A stretch of 64,000 nucleotides of DNA. Source: Glycera tridactyla. Its lineage: Eukaryota. A program made the translations under genes and the position numbers. The notes under the pieces are model-generated. The model searched no databases. It had not been told where the DNA came from and saw only the letters and a list, made by a program, of their open reading frames with translations. Within the stretch, counting starts at the first letter, position 1, and each line of letters starts with the position of its first letter. Of the stretch, positions 38,901 through 47,745 are shown piece by piece. The stretch spans positions 11,160,001 through 11,224,000 of the forward strand of contig OZ286460.1 of NCBI GenBank assembly GCA_965644265.1, written 5' to 3'.

Positions 38901-41900
38901 TTGAATAGGAGCAAGGTTATGACAACTTTGAGATGTCTGCGGTGGCCATCTTGAAATTCAAAATGGCGGCCTGTTACCATGGAGATAACAATGGGTACCA
39001 GGGCTTAAAGGAATCTCCGGATGTCTTTATTTTCACTGCCATATATACACCCATCAAGATGGGAAATTTTGCAGATGGATAACATGATGGGATGGGGCAG
39101 GACCTGCACCAATTGCACATGGGACATTTTTGGGAGTGGGGAGAACCCTGGATCACGAGGTGATCACGTGATCGCTAGATGGCGTAGGGGTTGGTGACGC
39201 GGTGCGACGCGCAAGTCACCCGTCACTCGCTGGATTTCAGGCACCGGGTTCACACGTGTTTGTTCCTGTGAACAATCTTTTGACATTTTGGAATTTGTGT
39301 TGCGCCTACAAGACTGAAGGGCTTTGAACGGGAACTGGATACGATTTCGGGATGCCGCATGGAAAAAAGGGTGTCAAGCGTTCCAATTTGGCAGAGTGTG
39401 TTCCACGGTTTGGTGGCCCGGTGCCTGGAATCATTCTAGGTCATAGTTTTGTAAGATGGCTGCATGACGATCTCGAGGAAAGGATCACTGCGGACGGGAA
39501 AGGAGACTTTCATGATCATGGCCCGCTGTATCCTGACTACTTGGATGTGGAAAGGGTTATTTCCAGACTGGACTTTGGGGTGTCTACTACTTTACAAGCG
39601 AGCAAGATTGATGAGGCCTTGGCAGGATTTAACAATCTTGAGCCAATGTTTGCTTTAGTGTGTCTAGGCACGAATGATCTGTGCCAGCAGAATGCTGACC
39701 CAGTGTATGTTGCCGAGCGTGTGTTTGCGGTAGGAACACGCTTGATCGCCGAGGTGGGAGTACGTTTTGTCATGTTCCTATCGTGCATTAACAGAGAGGT
39801 CGGATACCCTTTTTCTCAGGCAGAGTTCGAACGCAGGATGGAACTTTTTAATGGTCGATTGATACATCTGTCGCAAGGTTCTCCTTTCTACGAGGTGCAC
39901 AGGATGCGAGGATTTACAGAGACACCGGAAGGTCACCCTTTGCCAGTACGGCAGTATGCGCCGGACGGTATTCACCCTGACAGTGATCCGTATTCGGAGG
40001 GTTATCGGAAGCAAAGGAGGAATATCAGAGCCGCTCTGCTAGCCAGTGTTCCGTTGGCGGCTTTAGCCAATGTGGAGGATCAAGCTCTACAGTGATTCAA
40101 CGCAAAATTCCTGACCGGTATCCTTTACTGTACAATGCCTCGGTTGAGGAATGTTGTGTTATGTAATCCACCAGTTTATTGTGGTTTGTTTCGGATCCGT
40201 ATGATCTGATTTTCCTCCTTATCTTGTTGCCAAGCTCGATCCGGGAAGCCGCAATCGATCAGCTTGGAGAAAATGTTAGGGGGCGGGACGGTTTCTCCCG
40301 CCGTTATTACCGTGTTATGATTGGCTCCAATCCCGAGGTGGGTGGAGCTTAAGAAGATTGACGGATCACGTTCTTCGCGCCTTTGGCGTTCATTGGCCCT
40401 TAAGTTGGCGGTCTTCGGTTAGCACGTGCTCGCGTGCAGACAACTTTCGAAGCATCGCACTTGCGCTTTGCTGATTTCAGTCAGTTGTTTTCGGGTCGTT
40501 GCGTCTGTGACAGGTATGTCAGTGCTCTGTTTCTGTTTTGTTTTTTCATCGATCAATATTGACAACTAGGTCGGGTCAGACTGCCTAGTATGACCCTGTT
40601 GCGCTGAGCATGCATGTACGGTATTATAACTCAATTCTGTGATCTGACTTGATCGTATAATTATCGGGTCTCCGGCGATCAATGATAATTTGTGATATTG
40701 TATGATTGATGAGGTGCATCCAATTGACAAAACTGCGCGATAAGTTTGTGCGTATTCAAGTGACTCATTCTGCCTTACGTTATCTTCGTATGGGGGTCAT
40801 TCTTGATGTGAGCCGCGGTAGGCGGTGTGCAAACTGGGGGTGGGTGTAGCGCTTGCTTATTCCATGATACTACCACATGATACTTACCTGTGTCACGGTA
40901 TGTGATGACTTATGGTGATACCCCCCCCCCCCCACTCCCATCTTAAACTCGAGGCATTTCCCACTCACCTATGTTACAGACTGTTTGGTGGGGTACAAGT
41001 AGTTGTATCAACTATGTCCTTTGATTACCGCATTGGGGTTTTCGCTGTAATTAATCACATTATAAAAATTTTCCATTCTTGCTCACCTTAGTTTCAATGT
41101 ACTTGGGACACTTCTATTTCATCGAGTCAATGGGAGCATAGTTTTCTTCAGTGATGGGAAAGTTGAATTTGCATGTGGTATTGCTGCTTGGTACTTGTGT
41201 TTAACTGACAGTTTTCATGTTTTGCTGGAAAAGTCGAATATGCATGTGGTACTGTCCCCCCACGCCTTCTCCCCCCCCCCCTCCACTAACTGCTTGGTAC
41301 TTGTGTTTAACTGACAGTTTTCATGTTTTGCTGGAAAAGTCGAATATGCATGTGGTACTGTCCCCCCACGCCTTCTGCCCCCCCCCCCCCCCCTCCACTA
41401 ACTTGTGATTGATGCATTGTTGGACGGGTTCTTCTTTCGTTGGCGTACATATGCTCATGACATGAGGTTTTGCAGAAAGCAGTCTATTCATGAAACAATA
41501 TTATTTTTTCCTTCTGAGATGGAAGTTTGAGGACACTCCTATAATTATGACACTGATATAGCAATTAGCACTTGTTATTAATTGATTTCATATGTGAGCA
41601 TTCAAATGGTCGAACTTCTCACGTGGACCCTGGTCTCAGGTACAGATGATCTTTGGCTGATCCAAATTGTTTTGTTAAATTCAGATCCCGACATGGCATC
41701 TAAGAGAGCTGCGGCTGCCGAGAGTGGTGACGAGAAGTCAAAGCGAAAGCAGGCAAAATCCTTAAAAGTTCTAGAACATGAAGATACTCTGTTGGAGGTG
41801 TCAAAAATGTTGAAAAAAGGAACTTCAGATGAGTCCCAGGTCCAGCAGACGGATTCTAGCATGGCAGATGACAGCATGATAGATGTCTTCTTGAATAAGG

Positions 41901-44900
41901 ATAAGTCCTCCGTTTATTTGGATAAGGGTGATGCCGGGAGTGTTGTGTATGAACAGCCAGAAGGTGCTATAGGACGAGGCAAGTTGCCTCAGCTTCCTGT
42001 TTCTTCTTCGAATGGTGTCACACCAGGTGTGAGTTTGGAACACGGCTTACCTGATATGGAACCTCCTGGCGGTTGGTCGCGTGACTTGGGGGACTTTTCC
42101 TCGGGCTTATCAGATGCCAGACATTTACAACCTATCCCGATTTCGTCGGAGTGTCAAACATCTACACTATCCGGTCATACAGAGGTTTCTACTTTATCAT
42201 TAAAAGTAGAAGCTTTCATAACTCAATCTGCAAATCAATTTAAGGTCTTGGCTGAGTCGATTGGAGGCATTCAAAAATGGATCAACAACCAGCCATCTGT
42301 GTCCACACCTGCCATTCCTTCTGTGTCGGGGACTGTACGTCCGGGGAAGGCGATACGACTCGATCAATGTCCAGCTCTTACTACTTGCTCATCAGTTGCT
42401 CCGACTGTTATGGTTTCACAGGATGACACTGAGACAGGTAGGGTCACACATGATCCTGTATCCTCTGTACCTTCTGCTACTGTTGTGAAATGTTCTGATA
42501 CGCTGGCTAGGGCATCTATGTCGACGGTTGTTTCTGACAATGTACCGACCAGTGTATCTGGCTCGGCGGGAGACATGGCTGGTCTGGGACAGGGACAATC
42601 GGCTGTAAGTGGGTCTGGGCCTGTATCTCAGGTTTCTTTGGCAGCAGCCCTTGCGGAACAGTCGGGTCTTAACTCAGCACAACCTGCCCTGGTCACAGCA
42701 GCGACCAACATGTTTGGATTAGAGGGCATTCAGGTTCCTCAGTCAAACATGGGGGAACAAGTTATTTCACCTTCAGCTCCGGAGCATGCGTTAAGTTTCA
42801 AAATTGAGGAACCCACTCCACGTCGCATTTTGTCGGGTGGTCTTCCACTGGGTTTTAACATTGATCAAAAATTGAAAGCAAAAATTTGGAATAATGAGTA
42901 CATTGAGTTGCATCTTCTGTTGTATCCAGAGCAGAGTGAAAGGTTCAACTTCTCGTCGAATCCACAAGGGGGTCAAATTTTGTTGACCAGATCTAAAAGG
43001 GAAATTCGCAACATCAGAGATTGGTCTAGAGCCTTTGAGGTTTACACTGGTGTGTATATATTGAAACCGGAGCTTATTCATGAGTTACCTCACTTGTTCA
43101 CATATGCCCATGAAGTTCGCAGGCTCGCTGATTTGGGCGGCGATTTTGTGGCTTACGACCGCCAATTTAGACTTGACAGAGCAGCGCTTACTGTTTCACC
43201 ATATGGTTGGAATTGTATGCGCCTAGACTTGTTTACTTGGGCCTTGCATCAGAAATCAAAGCTAAACAACTTTTCTTCTTCGCCTGCGTATCAGGCTCAG
43301 GGTAAGCTGAGCAATCAACCGAAAAACCCTGCAAAACCTCCTCGAAATTATTGCTATGCATATCATTCTGTTGACAGGAGGTGCACTAACCAGTCATGTC
43401 AGTACAAACATGAATGCCCATGCGGCAGAGGCCGCCATACCATTTACACGTGTCGACAGAATGGTATCCCCAGCAGTTCTCAACAGCGATCAGCTGACTT
43501 ACCACATCAATCTTCGACCCAACAGAATGCCAACTCCGGTAAACGCCAGTAAGTTGGATGCTTGGTTGGAAGGCTATGACATTCATAAAGCTAAATACCT
43601 TGTGGATGGTTTCAACTTTGGTTTTCATTTGGGATATATTGATTCGCCGAAATGCACGTCGGCCACAAATTCTAGATCCATATCTGAATTGCCTTTGGAA
43701 ATAGAAAAGTTTCTTCAGCATGAGCTTGACTTGGGTAGGATTATGGGTCCTTTCAATCTCTCTCCTTTTCCTGAGTACCAGGTATCTCCATTATCACTTG
43801 TTCCTAAGTCCACGCCAGGGAAATATCGGTTGGTCCACAATCTGTCCTATCCGTACGATGGGACTTCCATCAATTCTAATATTCCGGTCGAACTTTCCTC
43901 CGTACACTATGCGTCTATCCAGGATGCCATTGACCAGGTGATTGCTTTGGGCACGGGATGTTTCATGGCGAAAACTGACATATCTGAGGCCTTCAGGTTG
44001 ATTCCCATTTTGCCTTCTCAATACCATTTGCTAGGTTTCAGAGTAAAGGGGCTTTTATTTTTCGATAGATGTTTAGCTATGGGGGCGTCCTCTTCTTGCA
44101 AAATCTTTGAGGCATTTAGTTCGGCGTTGGAATGGATTATGAGAGTGAAGCTGGGTATTGGTCACATTACGCATATGGTGGATGACTTCTGGGTGGCGGC
44201 GGAGACTAGAGAGGGTTGTGCGGATGCGCGGTGTATTATACAGAATCTGTGCCTGGACTTGGGGGTTCCTTTGGCTCCAAATAAAACGGTGGGCCCTACG
44301 CAGGAGATAATCTTCCTTGGAGTCCTGTTATCTTCTATTTCCATGTCTGCGTCTTTGGATCGGGAGAAATTGTTAAAATATGCAGCAGCCATCTCGGATA
44401 TGTTAGTCTCAGAAAAATGCCATCTAGTGGAACTCCAGGCTTTATTGGGGAAACTCCAGTGGGCAACAGATGTTGTTCTGCCGGGGAAGCCTTTCTTGAG
44501 GCGTTTGTATGACGCCACGGCGGGTATTCTGAAGCCGTACTATTTCGTGAGGATCAATAGTGACATGCGGGCTGACTTGTTGATGTGGAAAGATTTCTTG
44601 TTACATTATAATGGGGTATCATTATTGCGAAGTTTGGAGTGGAAGATTGCCAACAAATGTCACTTCTTTTCCGATGCATGCCCTTTGGGTGCCGGGTTGA
44701 TTTTTGGAGATGCCTGGTTTCAATTTGAATACACTGAGAAGTGGGGACAGGCCAACATAACTTTGCTGGAATTGTATCCGATATATGTTGCGTTTGTGTT
44801 GTTTGGCGCAAATTTGGAGGGTTGTAAATTGGTGTGCCATTGTGACAATGAAGCAATTGTGGCGGTTCTGCGAAACCGCACATCTAAAGAGAAGAAAGTG

Positions 44901-47571
44901 ATGACACTTGTCAGGCGCATTGTTTTGCAATCTTTGTTGTACAATATTTGGTTTGTGCCTGAACATATACCAGGAGTTGAGAATGTGGTCCCTGATCGTC
45001 TGTCGCGCTTTCAGGTGTCACCAGGAGAGATGCGGGAGATGGGGTACCGGGGCAGCCCGTTGATTGTGCCACCAGCATTGTTACCGACAGACTCAAATTT
45101 AGAGCTCTTACATTGATGCATGGTGCATTTTCTTCGAAAACCATGGCGGCATATAATAGATCTTGGACTGAATACATAAAATTCTGTGACAATCATGATT
45201 TGATGGGCCATCACAATGATGTGGAATCACTATGCATGTATATGGCATTTCTGTATGAAATGGGTTTCAAAGGTTCGTCGGTGGCCACAAGATTGTCGGC
45301 TTTAGCCCATTTCTTCAAATCGAAAGGACTGGTTGACATCACCCAATCTTATAAGGTCAGGAAAGTTTTGATTGGATATAGGAAGCAATTTTAAGGTGGT
45401 GATGAGCGCAGGCCTATTTCCAGACGACTTTTGAATTTGTTCATTGATGCCATTCCTCATTGCTTCCAGAAAAGATGGCAGGTTTTGTTGTACAAAGCTG
45501 TATTCTTGTGGGCATATCATCTATGCATGAGGGTAGGGGAATACACGGCGGGGACACATTGTTTGTTCTTCGCGGATGTTCGGAAAGTAGTATCTGGGGG
45601 TCGTGTGTGTGCATACAATGTAACGTTCAATTCTTACAAGCACAGCAACGGTGTTCCTAAGTGTCTTAAGGTCCGTGCCCTTGCTTTGACCCAATACTGT
45701 CCAGTGGCTAGTATGGCTGCCTACCTGCAGGGGAGGGGATCTGCGCATGGTGCTTTGTTCTGTAAAGAAAGTGTTGACAAGCCTTTACAACCCGGGGATG
45801 TGAGGTTGGCCCTTAAGTCAGTGTGTCACTTCCTCGGCCTTCCATCTGCCAACTTCAATGCACATAGTTTCAGGATAGGGAGATGCTCTGATTGGATTGC
45901 TGATGGGGAGCCTCCTGCATTGATCAGGGAGAAAGGCAGATGGCGCTCGGATGCCTACCTTAAGTATGTTAGGCCAGAGGTTATTGAAATGTAAATAGTT
46001 GGTTTCCTTGTCCATCATGGCGCCGGCAACCTGCCATTTTGGTTGCCTCCTGGCGCTAAATTTCTTGATTTGAGGGCGTCATGATGAATAATTTCTGGAA
46101 AACAACTATCATATAATAAATAAGGGATGCTCAATATGCTAATCATTGTTCATATTGGTTCACTGGATTTTGTATGTGACAGGTGTATGAAGCATGAGGA
46201 GGGAGAGTATTGGAAAACCGGTATTAATGTGTATTCAATGTATTCAATTGACATCAAAGATACTTGTTGTAGTTTTATGGTGCAGTTGCACAGGCGTTGT
46301 TATATTTTTCCACAGTATTTGGATACAATTTTCTCAATGGTTCTTAAGAATGTTTCTCAGTCTAAGGAAGACAGGAAGAGGTCTATCTCTTGCTGAGTAT
46401 GGCATACAGATGGTCAAGCATCTTATGACAACATCACTAACTTCCTTTGAAGTTCCTTTGAACAGTCAGGTTGTGTTATAAGTTTCTTGTGGAGGGACAG
46501 TACGTCCTTGGAGAACTGCGGGCATCGGGTGGCACATTCTCTGACTCGGAGTGTGCCATTAGATTGATTATGTGGGGGCAGTATGCCACCATAGGGACCG
46601 AGTTCTTTGACCACAATAAAACTTTATTAAAATCATTGGGTCATGTCTTCATTTGCAAAAAACAATATATCAGCATCTATCAGCATCTCTCTTTAAGGTC
46701 GCTTATTATATAACTTGTGAATGTCAATCTTTGCCCCAAGGAAGGTGGCGAAATATATGGCTGTTGATACAGNNNNNNNNNNNNNNNNNNNNNNNNNNNN
46801 NNNNNNNNNNNNNNNNNNNNNNNNNNNNNNNNNNNNNNNNNNNNNNNNNNNNNNNNNNNNNNNNNNNNNNNNNNNNNNNNNNNNNNNNNNNNNNNNNNNN
46901 NNNNNNNNNNNNNNNNNNNNNNNNNNNNNNNNNTGGATGGAATGATGGTTAGGTGGGTGGGTTGATTGAATGATGGGTGGGTGGGTGAGCGGGCGGATGG
47001 ATGAGTTTCCGCATCTCTCGTATTGGAATTGGGTGAATTGAAATGACAATTGGAATCACCAGCTTCTCCTGTAAGATGTACAAAAATGTCAGGAAAAATT
47101 ATAAATGAATAACAGACTACTCGCAGAATGACGTGATTTCGGCGCACAGCAAAACAAAATATTCTTCAAGTGTTCAAAAATGCATTCATCACTGGCGGGA
47201 AAAGTGGGTGGGATCTATCACTACAGAAAAATGCAATCTTCGAGGATCAAATTGCCATATTTTCTCATTCTCGCGTTTCCACCGAAATAGATCGCCAAAT
47301 CTTAACCGAATATTCACAAACATACAGAAAGTTTCGATTAGACACTCATGCATGTTCCCTCGAAGTTTTAATGAAAATGGTTATGGACTTTTTCAGATAA
47401 ATTCGGCGAAAGTTAGTAGTTTCGGTGGCGAGCGTGTTTCCCGCGGCATTCGGTTTAGCGATCGGTTTCACCTTCATTCTTCAACGCGCCGTACCACCGC
47501 GTACCGCTACCGTAGTTCATACGTGCGCTTACCTTGGCCTTGATACGTCGCCAGTTCCATTTGCCCGGCAT
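20820..47571 (-). CDS. Spliced OTU-domain deubiquitinase-like gene, predicted 219 aa, join(47571-47533, 35817-35757, 35218-34977, 21137-20820)
   Basis: All three introns are GT..AG with compatible phases (0, 1, 0). Cys box DVGGKGDCLFRSL, variable loop GTWADNIVIQAAANAL and His box IAHLGQHHFQA are contiguous after splicing. Exons 3-4 are well supported; exons 1-2 rest on splice signals and phase, and unseen exons could lie in N-gaps. Confidence 0.75.
21206..21262. repeat. (GT)n plus (TTG)n microsatellite (LINE tail)
   Basis: Direct reading. Confidence 0.9.
21245..21862 (-). mobile_element. LINE 3' end (ORF2 C-terminus, 3' UTR, AATAAA, (AAC)n tail)
   Basis: LTSRRDYH..LIFKAVHGLSPDYL...TR...LKIPK...GPRLWNNLPSQLKECNSVKEF; AATAAA at 21275-21270. 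Cut off by the N-gap on its 5' side. Confidence 0.85.
22195..22446. repeat. Tandem repeat, 84-bp unit, 3 copies
   Basis: c(c/t)aactcaactgta at 22201, 22285 and 22369. Confidence 0.85.
23037..25786. repeat. 64-bp satellite, left arm (interrupted by a MITE)
   Basis: Unit tactgcacccagtaaacacaagtattctaaggtgtgatctaggtatatagcatacgaggatgag; period of 64 checked at 23882 and 23946. Confidence 0.97.
23186..23778. mobile_element. MITE with CAGGGCTGCCAA TIRs and a 6-bp TSD (CAAGCA)
   Basis: Perfect 12-bp TIR. CAAGCA at 23180-23185 and 23779-23784 shares a C variant absent from the satellite consensus (CAAGTA). Confidence 0.88.
25787..31368. mobile_element. Non-autonomous TIR DNA transposon (Sola2-like) carrying a nested DIRS
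   Basis: TIR GAGTCATTCTCCA...TGGAGAATGACTC. The satellite resumes in register, giving an ATAT TSD (alternative parse: TA TSD with TGAGTC ends). Recurrent GTCAACTCCGTAAC motif in both arms. GRG ends with a 4-bp TSD fit Sola2. Confidence 0.8.
26895..30735 (+). mobile_element. DIRS1-type retrotransposon, degenerate and 3'-truncated (gag, RT, RH, MT, YR N-terminus)
   Basis: Gag: PSNMKVACCPTVDKLAW..DLSIQDVQKK, GHASFVASHTRR. RT: ISTIFSVEKK..RPVINLKYLN, FKMESL, SIDL, LPFGLRSAPRVFTK, VIYIDH. RH: MDNTTAVAYINHMG, HIPGVANIMADTLSR. MT: EVDLFASRLN. YR: YRSAISSTH..LLKGAFVLRPPAPRYASTWD, then truncated. Confidence 0.92.
31369..32557. repeat. 64-bp satellite, right arm
   Basis: Same unit, about 18 copies. 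Confidence 0.97.
33726..33774. repeat. (AAAC)n microsatellite
   Basis: Direct reading. Confidence 0.95.
34005..34850. repeat. Degenerate (TCAC)n/(CCAC)n tract spanning an N-gap
   Basis: Direct reading. Confidence 0.9.
34977..35218 (-). CDS. OTU gene exon 3 (OTU Cys box)
   Basis: Acceptor ttgttgcttacAG, donor AAG|GTGAGC; RLARQGLRAHDVGGKGDCLFRSLADTVLGDKELHHK. Confidence 0.88.
35249..35339. repeat. (GGCT)n microsatellite
   Basis: Direct reading. Confidence 0.95.
35757..35817 (-). CDS. OTU gene exon 2 (61 nt)
   Basis: Acceptor ttttacatttcAG, donor CAG|GTGAGT; phase 0-1 joins in frame to exon 3. Confidence 0.7.
35888..35956. repeat. (GAT)n microsatellite
   Basis: Direct reading. Confidence 0.95.
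36055..36594. mobile_element. MITE with CAGAGCTG(T/C)ATC(C/T)AG TIRs and a 5-bp direct repeat (CAATG)
   Basis: 15-bp TIR with 2 mismatches; CAATG at 36050-36054 and 36595-36599 (alternative parse: 3-bp AAT). Confidence 0.75.
39352..40095 (+). CDS. SGNH/GDSL-family hydrolase (247 aa)
   Basis: Block I ILGHSFV, block III CLGTNDL, block V PDGIHP: the Ser-Asp-His triad and oxyanion Asn are all present in an intact ORF. Confidence 0.88.
   Translation: MPHGKKGVKRSNLAECVPRFGGPVPGIILGHSFVRWLHDDLEERITADGKGDFHDHGPLYPDYLDVERVISRLDFGVSTTLQASKIDEALAGFNNLEPMFALVCLGTNDLCQQNADPVYVAERVFAVGTRLIAEVGVRFVMFLSCINREVGYPFSQAEFERRMELFNGRLIHLSQGSPFYEVHRMRGFTETPEGHPLPVRQYAPDGIHPDSDPYSEGYRKQRRNIRAALLASVPLAALANVEDQALQ
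40514..41684 (+). other. Putative intron in the leader of the Ngaro-like gag
   Basis: CAG|GTATGT at 40514; ttttgttaaattcAG acceptor 8 nt before the ATG at 41693. Confidence 0.45.
41185..41402. repeat. Near-perfect tandem duplication, about 106 bp x2, ending in poly-C
   Basis: tgcttggtacttgtgtttaac at 41185 and 41291. Confidence 0.9.
41693..43552 (+). CDS. gag: Gag-like ORF of the Ngaro-like element
   Basis: WSRAFEVY...YAHEVRRL...YDRQFRLDRA...WN motif block and a C-terminal Cys/His knuckle CYAY..C...C.YKHEC.C.G.H...C. Overlaps the pol start. Confidence 0.85.
   Translation: MASKRAAAAESGDEKSKRKQAKSLKVLEHEDTLLEVSKMLKKGTSDESQVQQTDSSMADDSMIDVFLNKDKSSVYLDKGDAGSVVYEQPEGAIGRGKLPQLPVSSSNGVTPGVSLEHGLPDMEPPGGWSRDLGDFSSGLSDARHLQPIPISSECQTSTLSGHTEVSTLSLKVEAFITQSANQFKVLAESIGGIQKWINNQPSVSTPAIPSVSGTVRPGKAIRLDQCPALTTCSSVAPTVMVSQDDTETGRVTHDPVSSVPSATVVKCSDTLARASMSTVVSDNVPTSVSGSAGDMAGLGQGQSAVSGSGPVSQVSLAAALAEQSGLNSAQPALVTAATNMFGLEGIQVPQSNMGEQVISPSAPEHALSFKIEEPTPRRILSGGLPLGFNIDQKLKAKIWNNEYIELHLLLYPEQSERFNFSSNPQGGQILLTRSKREIRNIRDWSRAFEVYTGVYILKPELIHELPHLFTYAHEVRRLADLGGDFVAYDRQFRLDRAALTVSPYGWNCMRLDLFTWALHQKSKLNNFSSSPAYQAQGKLSNQPKNPAKPPRNYCYAYHSVDRRCTNQSCQYKHECPCGRGRHTIYTCRQNGIPSSSQQRSADLPHQSSTQQNANSGKRQ
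43527..45116 (+). CDS. pol: RT-RNase H of the Ngaro-like element
   Basis: GRIMGPF, SPLSLVPK..GKYRLVHNLS, KTDISEAFR, LAMGASSSCKIFE, HMVDDF; RH FSDAC, LELYPI, HCDNEAIV, HIPGVEN..DRLSR. ORF is intact. Confidence 0.95.
   Translation: MPTPVNASKLDAWLEGYDIHKAKYLVDGFNFGFHLGYIDSPKCTSATNSRSISELPLEIEKFLQHELDLGRIMGPFNLSPFPEYQVSPLSLVPKSTPGKYRLVHNLSYPYDGTSINSNIPVELSSVHYASIQDAIDQVIALGTGCFMAKTDISEAFRLIPILPSQYHLLGFRVKGLLFFDRCLAMGASSSCKIFEAFSSALEWIMRVKLGIGHITHMVDDFWVAAETREGCADARCIIQNLCLDLGVPLAPNKTVGPTQEIIFLGVLLSSISMSASLDREKLLKYAAAISDMLVSEKCHLVELQALLGKLQWATDVVLPGKPFLRRLYDATAGILKPYYFVRINSDMRADLLMWKDFLLHYNGVSLLRSLEWKIANKCHFFSDACPLGAGLIFGDAWFQFEYTEKWGQANITLLELYPIYVAFVLFGANLEGCKLVCHCDNEAIVAVLRNRTSKEKKVMTLVRRIVLQSLLYNIWFVPEHIPGVENVVPDRLSRFQVSPGEMREMGYRGSPLIVPPALLPTDSNLELLH
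45116..45994 (+). CDS. Tyrosine recombinase with one in-frame TAA (45392-45394)
   Basis: The two ORF-track pieces share a frame. SAM-like N-terminus (TMAAYNRSW); catalytic R (CMRVGEY), HxxR (AHSFRIG), GRW and Y (AYLKYVR). Confidence 0.92.
47533..47571 (-). CDS. Probable first coding exon of the OTU gene (MPGKWNWRRIKAK)
   Basis: caagATG start, strong donor AAG|GTAAGC, phase 0 matching exon 2; CpG-rich context next to CRE motifs. Confidence 0.55.
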
Positions 47572-47669
47572 CTTGACGAATACGAAAAACTACTAACGGA
47601 AAAGTAGGAGCGAAATACTGGCACCGTACTGGTACCACTGCTACCACTACGGTAACTACTGTAAACAGT

Positions 47670-47745
47670 ACTGACGTCGCAACCAGGTTGCTACGTGATC
47701 CGCCTTTATCTGTTTATGACGTCAGCTTGGTCTCTATGACGTCAC
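47670..47745. promoter_or_regulatory. CRE (TGACGTCA) cluster, candidate promoter
   Basis: Perfect TGACGTCA at 47717 and 47737 (20 bp apart) and TGACGTCG at 47672, 100-170 bp upstream of the predicted ATG. Confidence 0.5.

Larger units (their letters stand above)
39140..46080 (+). mobile_element. Ngaro-like tyrosine-recombinase retrotransposon (SGNH-gag-RT/RH-YR); boundaries approximate
   Basis: Overlapping gag/pol/YR ORFs, no methyltransferase domain, and an associated SGNH ORF. Split direct repeats were not found in the window. Confidence 0.8.
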
